This document shows, piece after piece, positions 1 to 8,212 of a stretch of 32,000 bases of DNA (within the stretch, counting starts at the first letter, position 1; every line of letters starts with the position of its first letter). The stretch is from Paramicrosporidium saccamoebae KSL3 (taxonomy: Eukaryota > Fungi > Cryptomycota): NCBI GenBank assembly GCA_002794465.1, contig MTSL01000169.1, positions 76,546 through 108,545 on the forward strand, read 5' to 3'. The translations under genes and the position numbers were made by a program. The notes under the pieces were generated by a model. The model was not told the origin of the DNA. It ran no database searches and saw only the letters and a list, made by a program, of their open reading frames with translations.

Positions 1-99
1 CATCTCGGAGACTTGATTGCCAAAGCGGATGCGTTCGCCGGCATAGAGACCGTGCTGAGCGCGTTTAAATGCCTCGAGAAGAAGGGCTGTCGGACGCAT
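1..99 (-). CDS. MRPL24: Mitochondrial ribosomal protein bL28m (yeast MrpL24-like), 5' part; runs off the window
   Basis: Minus strand from ATG at 99 reads MRPTALLLEAFKRAQHGLYAGERIRFGNQVSEM, matching the fungal bL28m motif FKxxxxGLYGGxxIxFGNNxSE. Not in the ORF track. Confidence 0.75.
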   Translation of the reverse strand, partial: MRPTALLLEAFKRAQHGLYAGERIRFGNQVSEM

Positions 100-141
100 C
101 AATGGAAAATTGTTTATCCATATAATTCTATCGACTGTATT

Positions 142-713
142 TTAGCATTCGTCTACAGATCAATCACAACTGAAGGTTACCATGGAACGCCCAGATTGTC
201 TTTTTGGGAGAGCCTCGACAGTTGCTTACATACTGATCGTTGTCCGGTGGCCGCATCTATCGTTGGAGTATTCAACAACAGCAGCTTACTTTGATCTTGC
301 TGGAAGATAGCATGGATTGTATGCTCAAGCAGATGGCAGAGACTGTGAGTGCTGGTGACCATTGGTCGTACAGGATCGATAGACAAATGTGTCCATTTGT
401 GTAAACATGCTCATTATCCGGGGACTCGTCAATGAACACCACCTGCCGCACACATTAGCAACCATTCCGGCAGGCACCTCTGGAGCCTCCATGGGATAAT
501 CATTGGAGAATCGGAACTGCAACAGATATCGCTCACCTTCGTACAATGTGCCGGGTGCCCCAACAATCGATACGAACCAGCTAGAATTTAGAAACTCTAC
601 GAGCAGTACCACTGCAGGTCTGAAGAGTCCTCTATTGAGACACCGGTAGGGGCAGCACCGCTGAGAAGCTCTGATAATTCGGCACGAAGTCGTCGTAGAT
701 GCAGCTCGGCCAT
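142..713 (-). CDS. UBE2W: Ubiquitin-conjugating enzyme E2, UBE2W-like (4 introns)
   Basis: Splicing GT-AG introns 581-609, 443-477, 257-289 and 153-180 gives [17 protein letters not shown]...[31 protein letters not shown]...[34 protein letters not shown]...RPPDND...WAFHDEC*. The catalytic HICLSIL and the C-terminal RPPDN...W.FHD are typical of UBE2W. Confidence 0.88.
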
Positions 714-1220
714 TTAAGGAATTGTTGTTTTTATGTTTTTAACACCCCACCTCTTGTGTACGCCTGCACAATAGTCTGGGCATTAGGCAGTTTGGTTTGT
801 AGTAAACAGACATTATTGGGGTTGATCCGTTGCATTTTAGGAGGTTTTTAAAGGTTGTTTTTGGGGACTTTGACTCCTCGCATCTTGACAGAGACTTTAT
901 GGGGGATTGGAGCTGCTATATTTTGTGCAAGTTATAAAGACTCTTTATTGAGAAGCTTTTGATACGTTACATACTCGCAATATGTGTGACAGTTCTTTAT
1001 TGGGTGCTTTAATCTCTTTCATCTTAACCTTCAAAGCAAGTTTTCTGTTAAAGCATTAGTCCCACTCTGTAAAAGGCATCGATTCAAATTGGGATTCTGG
1101 GGGGTCTAAACGTAGTCGATTGGCTCGCCGTAAATCCGTGAGCTGTGCGCTCCAATCAGCGTTGCGGAATACCAGGCTAGCAGCATATAAAAGCTAGGAC
1201 TGCATCAGGGGCCCACAGAA

Positions 1221-1618
1221 ATGATGCTAGCAGTCAGCAAGTACATGTCTTGGATCTGCGCCGCCGGTATAGCCCTCCTGGCATACGCTTTTCTTGCCAA
1301 ATCCTGTCAATTTATGAAATCCTACGTTATGAACGCTGTTGTATCCCGCCTTATAAACTACGCTATCACTCACATTTTTCATATCGAAAAATAAGAAGAA
1401 CGCTTGTACTGCTACGTGTCCGCTGGCCGGCAGCTAGTAGCTGTAGCCCGATACCTCTTGTGCTACAACTACGGTGGATCGCACTGTCACTCAAACAAAG
1501 TCAATTTTCTGCCTTCTGGTTTCTTTTTGAAATTCGTGTGCTCCTCTTTCAGGCTTCTAGTCTTGTAAGCCTTGCTACTTCGGGGACTACATTTTCGCTC
1601 GCATTGCATAGATCATGA
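1221..1618 (+). pseudogene. Pseudogene copy of the 4-TM protein gene at 2402-2839
   Basis: MMLAVSKYMSWICAAGIALL aligns to MHLVVNKYVYWFCIVSMVAL. Later segments (TLLYPAL*TTLSLTFF; CYVSAGRQL...LCYNYGGSH) align in shifted frames, with a Tyr-to-TAA stop and frameshifts. Confidence 0.85.
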
Positions 1619-1657
1619 TAAATTGCCTTTTGTTTTATATTTTTGCAGTCTGTAGTA

Positions 1658-1685
1658 TAGTATATAGTATATAGTATATAGTATA
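1658..1685 (+). repeat. (TAGTATA)4 microsatellite
   Basis: Four exact heptamer units immediately left of the TGAT target duplication of the element at 1690. Confidence 0.9.
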
Positions 1686-1689
1686 TGAT

Positions 1690-1889
1690 TGTGATGTAGA
1701 GGATTGATTGGTTGGGCATTTGAGGATAGTTCTCTAGTTTGGAGAAGACATAGTTGGAACAATCGACGAAAGATAATGAAATCTATACTTTTACCTTTTA
1801 GGATCGCTACTACGGCGGTTGAGAGGCCATCAAAGGGCATATAAATTTATAACAGACTTTCCTCGCCTTCCGAATAAAGAATGGTGACA
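1690..1889 (-). mobile_element. TGT...ACA insertion element, copy 4 (reverse orientation, divergent left part)
   Basis: Starts tgtgatgtagaggattgattggttgggcatttgagga, the reverse complement of the family right end. It also shares tagtt.ctctagtttggagaagac with copy 3 and ends ggtgaca. Flanked by TGAT at 1686-1689 and 1890-1893; absent from the paralogous TRF4 site. Confidence 0.85.
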
Positions 1890-2297
1890 TGATAGCAATG
1901 CCTTAATAGCTTGGGATCCAGAGTGATGATACCCCCTAGCAAAGAAGGCGCCTGCTGTGGATCATTATTTCATTTTCGGCCTGTTTCCTTTGGAGAACCT
2001 CCAATTCCTGTGTTACACACTGATGTCCACGATATCTGAATCGAAGTTGTGGCCGTAGAGCTCAGAGAATCACAAGACGAGAACTCAGGTTCTCATGAAC
2101 ACGGATGAGCCCCGCCTGGATGAGGGGATGCATTTGTAGGGTTATAAGACCCTTTGGTGCGATTCCTGATCCATAGATATACCAGCTCACACCCTCCCAT
2201 GTCATAGGACATTGGTGTGAGTTGGGGATTTGGGGACCGAGACGTAGCCAATTGGGGCGGTCACGAAACAACCTCGGCATATCGGATCAGCTCATAG

Positions 2298-2373
2298 CCA
2301 ATCAGTGACGCAGAATACCAAATGGACTGGGGATTTGGGTGGATACCCATGTTTGGGGAGCTTGTATAAATAA
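2298..2373 (+). promoter_or_regulatory. CCAAT box and TATA box of the 4-TM gene
   Basis: CCAAT at 2298-2302 and TATAAATAA at 2365-2373, about 30 nt before ATG 2402. Both are conserved in the decayed duplicate (CCAAT near 1152, TATAAAAG 1186-1193). Confidence 0.5.
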
Positions 2374-2401
2374 GGAGGGATTGCGTCAGAGTCTCACAAA
2401 C

Positions 2402-2839
2402 ATGCATTTAGTAGTCAACAAGTACGTATATTGGTTCTGTATCGTCAGCATGGTCGCCCTGGGGTCCATGTTTCTCATTGCCTCCTGGGAACAGCCGAAA
2501 GTATACACCTACCGAATGTTGTTCCATCCCGTTCTATACACTGTGCTGTCACTCGCCTTTTTCCTGCTGGCCGCCTCTAAAAAGAGCATCCGCTGCTGCT
2601 ACATAGCTGCCGGCCTGCAGCTAACAGCTATGATCTGCTACTTTATGTGCTACAACTACGGAGGCTCATACCATTACCCAGGCGAGGTCCCGTGGCTGCC
2701 TCCTGTTAACTTTTCGAAAATTGCAGTGGCCGTTCAAGCTCTCAACATTGCAGCCTTTGCCATGTCTGGGACCAAATTCTTGTTCGCATTGCTTCGGTGG
2801 GAGTCTACTGATGGCGTGATGGGTGTTTTTACATCATAA
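2402..2839 (+). CDS. Small orphan membrane protein, about 4 hydrophobic helices (145 aa)
   Basis: Open frame from ATG 2402 with four long hydrophobic stretches. It has a TATA box upstream and a paralogous pseudogene. No family recognised. Confidence 0.7.
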   Translation: MHLVVNKYVYWFCIVSMVALGSMFLIASWEQPKVYTYRMLFHPVLYTVLSLAFFLLAASKKSIRCCYIAAGLQLTAMICYFMCYNYGGSYHYPGEVPWLPPVNFSKIAVAVQALNIAAFAMSGTKFLFALLRWESTDGVMGVFTS

Positions 2840-2855
2840 TCAATTCATTTTCGGT

Positions 2856-4091
2856 TTATATATTTGCAGTCTGTTGTATATAGTAGCGATGTCTCAGCAG
2901 CTTGGGATCCAGAGTGATGATACTCCCTAACAAGGAAGGCATTGGCTGTGGATCATTTTTTCCCTTGTCGGCTTGCCTCCTCTGGAGAACCTCAAACTCC
3001 TGCATCGCACACCGCAACACATTAAACGCATGCTCAAAGCAATGCCTCACTGCCCCATAGGCAAATGAGCCCTTGGAAATGTCATTCTCCTCGGTTTGTG
3101 GATCCTCAATGCTGAGAAGATGCGGCTTGGCCTCTTGTAACCATCCACGTTCCTCTTTGTCATAATAGCTACCGTCCTTTTGCACACTAATGCCCACGAT
3201 ATCTGAATTAAAGTTGCGACCGTAGAGCTCAAAGAACTCCAGGACAAGGACTCCCAGGTTTTCATGAGCACGGATCAGCCCCGTCTGGACTAGTGGATGC
3301 ATTTGCAAGAATGAAATGACCAAGCACATTATGGAAAAGCTGCCCAATCCGCCATGGAAGACTTCGTTTAGCTCGCGCATATGGAGGAAATGTTTCATCA
3401 CCAACGTGAATGGCCGGATGGCAGACTGGGCCTTCATCTGTTTCTGCATAAACGTGGCCGCTTCCAAACCAGAGGTGACGTTAAATGAGACGTCAATTTC
3501 GAAATCGGTATTATGGTCTACATATTTGATGATTGGCACTCTGGCCTTTGTAATCACCTTGACCGTCTCGGGGATGGGAATTCCTGCCTTGAGTAACGCC
3601 TTTGCAAGCTTCTTGAGGGGAGGTTTAGTGTAGTCATCCAGCTGCAGATCTTGGTGCACCACGACGACATCCAAATCACTGCTTGGCAGGTAGAGTTGCG
3701 AATCAAAGCTGCCAAAAACCTGCACGGTGGCCTCTCTCCAAAGCGATTGCACCACTTCGGTTAGTCTTCGTACTGCTTCAGAACGACTGTAGCGCTCCTC
3801 CTCGGTGGGAGAGACGTAGTTTGCAAAGTCGACAATCTCTTGGTGGAGACGTTCAGTTGGATGAGTGCTGTAGCGTCGCTGACGGTCCATCCAAGGGACG
3901 TTGTATCGAAGCACGGATGTCACAGGTGCAGGTTTACCTCTTGGGCGCGTCTCTTTAGGCTTTTCCGGCTCCTCGAGTACTTCGACATCAAATTCAATAA
4001 ATTCAGCGTCCATGACTTCATAATGTATCGTGTTAGAGCGGTGCTGCTCTTGTATCCTTTGGAGCTCGTCTCTATCAATCTGAATATCCAT
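2856..4091 (-). CDS. TRF4: Non-canonical poly(A) polymerase Trf4/5 (TENT4/PAPD5-7 family, TRAMP)
   Basis: 411 aa: RLHQEIVDFANYVSP, nucleotidyltransferase VFGSFDSQLYLPSSDLDVVV, ARVPIIKY...IDVSFN, LNEVFHGGLGSFS, LSIEDPQTEENDISKGSF. Confidence 0.93.
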   Translation of the reverse strand: MDIQIDRDELQRIQEQHRSNTIHYEVMDAEFIEFDVEVLEEPEKPKETRPRGKPAPVTSVLRYNVPWMDRQRRYSTHPTERLHQEIVDFANYVSPTEEERYSRSEAVRRLTEVVQSLWREATVQVFGSFDSQLYLPSSDLDVVVVHQDLQLDDYTKPPLKKLAKALLKAGIPIPETVKVITKARVPIIKYVDHNTDFEIDVSFNVTSGLEAATFMQKQMKAQSAIRPFTLVMKHFLHMRELNEVFHGGLGSFSIMCLVISFLQMHPLVQTGLIRAHENLGVLVLEFFELYGRNFNSDIVGISVQKDGSYYDKEERGWLQEAKPHLLSIEDPQTEENDISKGSFAYGAVRHCFEHAFNVLRCAMQEFEVLQRRQADKGKNDPQPMPSLLGSIITLDPKLLRHRYYIQQTANI

Positions 4092-4244
4092 CCACCAGGG
4101 CTATCCAGACTGACGCGTAGTAGGGAAATCTTCATAGATTCTGGTACGGGACAATATACGTTTGTTATCAAGTGGTTAATTAAGGAGGTGTTCTTTCCCT
4201 CAAACCCCTCGCATTCCCAACACACACGTTACACAATTTAGACT

Positions 4245-5075
4245 TTATTTTAGTAGATCCTTGTCCGTCCGAAGGGCCTTTTCAAACCGATCAATGTCTT
4301 CTAGCTGTTCTACCGAGATACAATCTTCTAGCCGAAATGCTCCCTGCATCGTCCGTACTAATGCAGACATTGCTGCAGCCGAGTCTAGCATTGTACCAAT
4401 GTCGTGGATCACTGACCGGACATATGTTCCACTGCCACATTCCATGTCAATCTCAAACTCGGGTAATGCAAACTGCGTCAACTCAATTCGGCTGATATTT
4501 ATGGGACGCATTGGCAGTTCCAGTTCAGGCTGCATGTCCTTCTCCTCTGCCGGATCGCTGGCAAGAAGGGTCTTTTGGCGTTTTCGGGAAATGTCGTAGG
4601 CGCGTTTTCCATTTACCCGAAGTGCAGAAAAGGCAGGAGGCCGTTGCATGACATCTCCGGTAAACTTTTCCACCAACAGTTGGCGCACCTTTTCCTCGGT
4701 GACATGCTCAAAGGGCCTCTCATGGACCAAAACGCCTGTCGTGTCGTATGTATCGTAATGCACACCAAAGACACCTGTTGCACGATATCCCTTTTTGCAC
4801 CCCTTCAGAAAACCCTCCAACATTTTGCATCCTCCATTGAGGCCAACGACAAGTACACCAGTAGCCATCGGGTCGAGCGTCCCGCCATGCCCAATTTTCA
4901 TCTTGCGCTGCACTGCAATAGCTTGTGAACGGTTCATGTTGGCGTGTTTCTGCAACATCGTCTGTATTACATTCTTGACGCGATTCAAAGTGTCGTTGCT
5001 AGTCTCTCCAGCGGGCTTAAGCACTGCCAATACACCATTCAGTGACTGTACTCTTTTTACTATTGACCGCTCCAT
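4245..5075 (-). CDS. PUS4: tRNA pseudouridine-55 synthase (TruB/Pus4 family)
   Basis: NGVLAVLKPAG, KIGHGGTLDPMATGVLVVG with the catalytic Asp, QRPPAFSALRVNGKRAYD, CGSGTYVRSVIHDIG. Confidence 0.93.
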   Translation of the reverse strand: MERSIVKRVQSLNGVLAVLKPAGETSNDTLNRVKNVIQTMLQKHANMNRSQAIAVQRKMKIGHGGTLDPMATGVLVVGLNGGCKMLEGFLKGCKKGYRATGVFGVHYDTYDTTGVLVHERPFEHVTEEKVRQLLVEKFTGDVMQRPPAFSALRVNGKRAYDISRKRQKTLLASDPAEEKDMQPELELPMRPINISRIELTQFALPEFEIDMECGSGTYVRSVIHDIGTMLDSAAAMSALVRTMQGAFRLEDCISVEQLEDIDRFEKALRTDKDLLK

Positions 5076-5401
5076 TATTTCGTGCCCTGGTGAAGCGGTT
5101 CAGACCGTATCATCTAGTGTATTGACCCATTTATTATCACTTGAACAGTGTTTTTGTGAACGAGCGCAACCACAAGTTCTGTTAAATAGCATCTGTCCAC
5201 GATTGGCAACCCAAATAACAACCTGCGATCCATTCCCGTCGTATTGAGGATGGCGGCCTGTGAAAGCACTACATGCTTTAACAACACGAATTAGCCCATT
5301 CAACGGGCTATCCTGTGTACAACTGGATGATAAATCTCAGTGATAGATTATAAGATCCATGATTTATTGCCTATATGGGCTGGTTTTTACACAAAATACG
5401 T

Positions 5402-6179
5402 CTAATCTCGTCTTGGCAGTCTCACAGGAACTATCTCCGCCTCTGCGTCAGCCACTAGTCTCACTGTGATATTACGCACAACGCTCTCCGTTTGCTGTAT
5501 CCTTGTAGTCGGTCTATAATCTGGCCGCCTTGGCCTTATCTCTGTCATAAAGGAAGTTGGTCGCGCCCTCCAGTCTGACTGTCGTGAGCTGGCAGACGGC
5601 AATTCCATTGAAAATTCCGCGGGGGATTCCTTTTTCCATTGTCCCTCATCCAATGCACGGTTGATACTGTTTAGTGCTGGTGTACGTCCCTCTTGCCGTG
5701 ATGCATTGGGGTCGTATGGTAGTATTTGCTCTTTTTCGTACACGGACGGCTGGAATTCCTGTACCAAAGTATTTGGGGCAGACTGTGACACAGCTGCCTC
5801 ACTGTTACTCACCACATTACTTTCGCCATTTTGGGCAATATCCCAGCTGGTTGCTTCCAGGCGTCCGCACTCCATGAGACTTGGACTACCCCCGTAAGTT
5901 TCAAAGGGATCTTTGCTGTAGTCAATCTCATCGCCTTCGTCCGCCCACGACTGTCCCACAAGCTTTAATCGGTCTTCTAGCTCTTTTTGCTGGGCCTGGA
6001 TGCGGGCATTTTCTTCCTCCGCTGTTAATTGTCTCGGCTTGGCCTCCTCTCGACGCCAGGCTATCCATCTGATTAGCACACTCTACTACATATTATGTAC
6101 GTTGTGATAGTGCGGACAGTGGTAATTGTGACGCAAATGATGAACGTTCAGTCGAATTTTTGCGACGCGGTGGGTGCAT
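5402..6179 (-). CDS. Hypothetical, largely disordered protein (one modelled intron)
   Basis: Long minus ORF (coiled coil EEENARIQAQQKELEDRLKL, then SWADEGDEIDY). A 40-nt intron at 6061-6100 (GTACAT...CTAAT...ATAG) joins it in frame to ATG 6179 (MHPPRRKNS...SQPWRREEAKPR). The start model is inferred. Confidence 0.6.
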
Positions 6180-6222
6180 TGGGGGGACAGTCTGTCTGCC
6201 GGGCCTTATAGACGCAACAAGC

Positions 6223-6845
6223 ATGTTGGGGTGTATCGTTGCCGGGCGACCGGTATGCCAATAACTAGAGGCCTAACATGGTAGGTGCAGACAAATTTGC
6301 AGACCATTTCGCCAGGAAGGTTTCTATTTGTGCTTCCTGAACCAGCCACCATCAACCACATTGTAGTTTTTCTCACCGGAAGTGTTCAATTTGATGAGGG
6401 AACGGGTGCCTCGATTTACTGCAATTCGGATGTGGGTGCTGCACAGGGAACAGCATGGAAATTCCTGGGTGTTCTTACCAACGATAAGCCCAGTGCCGTA
6501 TTCAAAGTCTCTGGATTCTCCGAGGGAATTAATATGCTGGAGGTGGGCATTGCCATAGAGCCAATATCTACACTGGAACAGCTGCTAATGGAGAGTGAGC
6601 CTCGTTCGCAGTGTCTCGTTCCCGTGTCTCCCACAACTCTGCCCAATCCTCTCACAATTGCACAGCGCATAGGCGAAAACTTGTTTAACTATGTCACGTC
6701 CTTTACACGTATGGCAAGTCTATTAGAGCCAAGTTTGCAGGTTGTTCCACTAAAGACTGTGCAGGAGTGGTACAATGGCCTTATTCGAAAGGTCACTTCT
6801 GATCCGGATGGGTTTATGCGCCAAGTTGCCAGAACAGCTGTCTGA
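6223..6845 (+). CDS. OPI10: Hikeshi/Opi10 family Hsp70 nuclear import carrier
   Basis: Exon 1 MLGCIVAGRP, 32-nt intron 6253-6284 (GTATG...CTAAC...TAG), then VQTNLQ...FLFVLPEPATINHIVVFLTG...WKFLGVLTNDKPSAVFKV...NLFNYVTSF...EWY. Confidence 0.9.
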
Positions 6846-6873
6846 ACGCGGGTCATCTTTAGAAAAATTTCAA

Positions 6874-7003
6874 GATCTTTACTACTACACAAGAGTTTAA
6901 CTACAGATTACCTGATCGTTACTACTGCGAGAGTTAACTATAGACTACTTGGTCTTTACCACTACAGATCGAAAACACTCAATAAAGGATCATTACTACA
7001 ATA
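6874..7003 (+). repeat. Degenerate intergenic tandem repeat (about 37-40 nt unit, gatc.ttactact...ttaacta.aga)
   Basis: gatctttactactacacaagagtttaactacaga / gatcgttactactgcgagagttaactataga / ggtctttaccactacaga / gatcattactacaa. Confidence 0.55.
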
Positions 7004-7016
7004 TTGCTTAATCATC

Positions 7017-7926
7017 ATGATGGTATTACTTGGCGCTCCTCATACCTAATGTTTAGCGTCTCCGGGTAAAGGTTGCTGATGGGAGGAAGACTGAAATTGA
7101 ACTAGAAAAAGACGCAACTTGGGGAGATTTACTCACAGTGTTGCTACTGAAATTGGACGAGCAACCTGTCGATATATCCACAGGCTTTCCTCCTCAGCTT
7201 CTGACTCCAAATAATATGGAACAACCGTTGTCCGGGCTTGGAGTCCATTCTGGCGACACTCTCACCGTCACCACCAGTAATGGCGAAGCTGTTGTGGCTC
7301 CGACTCTGCTTAATGCAGCGCCCACCATGCTGTTGAGAGAGATGCCAGACGACAACAGCTGTCTCTTTAACACAATCGGGTACGTCCTCTGCTCATGTTC
7401 TCGCTCCTCAGCCAAGGAGCTACGCGAGTTGGCAGCTGCATTGGTCCTTTCCTCGCCCAATTACACAGAGGCAGTATTGGGGATGCCTCCAGAAAGATAC
7501 GCGGAATGGATTCGAGGTGACACACATTGGGGCGGGGGCATAGAGTTGGCCGTATTTGCGGGACACTTTGAGACAGAAATAGCCTCCATTGATGTAGGCA
7601 GCGGACGGGTGGATATATTCGGAGAGGGAAACGGCTATGCTCAACGCGTCTATGTACTTTACAGTGGAATACATTACGACGCACTTGCCATGGGTGTTCC
7701 CCATAAAGAATCGGAAGATTGCACAGTCTTTGCTCCCACCGAGGATAATGCACTGGTGCAGGCGATGCAAGTAGCCGAGACGGCGAGGCTGGAACACCGA
7801 TATACTGATCTCGCCAAATTCACTCTCCGGTGCGAACAATGTCGCCAGGCGCTTGTTGGGGAACGAGAAGCAGAGAAGCATGCATCCACCACAGGACACG
7901 CCAATTTCATTGAATACTCTGAATAA
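7017..7926 (+). CDS. OTU1: OTU-family deubiquitinase Otu1/YOD1 (UBX-like + OTU + C2H2 zinc finger)
   Basis: ATG ATG (7017/7020), 34-nt intron 7023-7056, then RLRVKVADG...TGFPPQ (UBL). Catalytic MPDDNSCLF, WGGGIEL, YSGIHYDAL; C-terminal LRCEQC...HASTTGHANF. Confidence 0.93.
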
Positions 7927-7961
7927 ACATGAAGCAAATGTAGTAGGGCGTGAAATCCGTT

Positions 7962-8206
7962 TGTCGCGTAGCGGGGATAATACCACAGACGGGAAGGGGG
8001 GTTGTCTACTGCTAATCCTAGAATCGTATGGATGCACATGTCGCGTAGTGGGGATAAATAGTATGTATACATGTCTTACTGTCCCCAAATACCCAGCAAA
8101 GCGATCCACTCTAGCACACAAATACGTCTCACTGTTCTCAAATACCCGACTAATCAATCCTCTGCCTCTACGTCAAATACCCAACTAATTGATCCTCTAC
8201 GCCACA
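7962..8206 (+). mobile_element. TGT...ACA insertion element, copy 1 (245 bp)
   Basis: TGTCGCGTAG...CTACGCCACA imperfect inverted ends; exact 4-bp TSD CGTT (7958-7961 / 8207-8210); about 96% identical to copy 3 over roughly 158 bp by hand count. Confidence 0.92.
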
Positions 8207-8212
8207 CGTTTA

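Larger units (their letters stand above)
1088..2140. repeat. Decayed tandem duplication of about 2222-3310 (promoter + 4-TM gene + 3' end of TRF4)
   Basis: Collinear matches: ccaatcagcgttgcggaatacca vs ccaatcagtgacgcagaatacca; tgtgctacaactacggtgg vs tgtgctacaactacggagg; gcttgggatccagagtgatgatac in both; ccacgatatctgaat..aagttg..gccgtagagctca in both. Confidence 0.9.
1640..2140 (-). pseudogene. Truncated, decayed 3' fragment of TRF4/PAP2
   Basis: Encodes remnants LQMHPLIQAGLIRVHENL and LGGIITLDPKLLRHCYH, matching the intact gene (LQMHPLVQTGLIRAHENL; LGSIITLDPKLLRHRYY). It lacks the catalytic N-terminus and has an internal deletion and a 200-bp insertion. Confidence 0.85.

Noticed and set aside
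714-1087. Third copy of the duplicated unit or a hidden gene
   Set aside because: No alignment to 2222-3310 and multiple stops in the frames examined.
4111-4236. TGACGCGTAGTAGGGAAAT ... acgttacaca, a possible fifth, very old element copy upstream of TRF4
   Set aside because: No TSD and only patchy similarity; not supportable by eye.
5076-5401. Possible ncRNA or 67-aa ORF between PUS4 and the hypothetical gene (small hairpin AGCCC...GGGCT)
   Set aside because: No recognisable snRNA/snoRNA boxes or protein motif; compatible with UTR plus promoter.
7420-8188. ORFs 7420-8157, 7674-8072, 7853-8188, 25310-25609, 25491-25739 and 25585-25773, which share peptide text
   Set aside because: The shared text is just the repeated element read through. 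Frames are not preserved across copies and the rest is antisense or off-frame to OTU1 or ROK1.
7962-8206. CRISPR-like or snoRNA interpretation of the repeated GTCGCGTAGTGGGGATAAATAG units
   Set aside because: The context is eukaryotic, with no regular repeat-spacer array and no C/D or H/ACA box arrangement. The TSDs show a mobile insertion.
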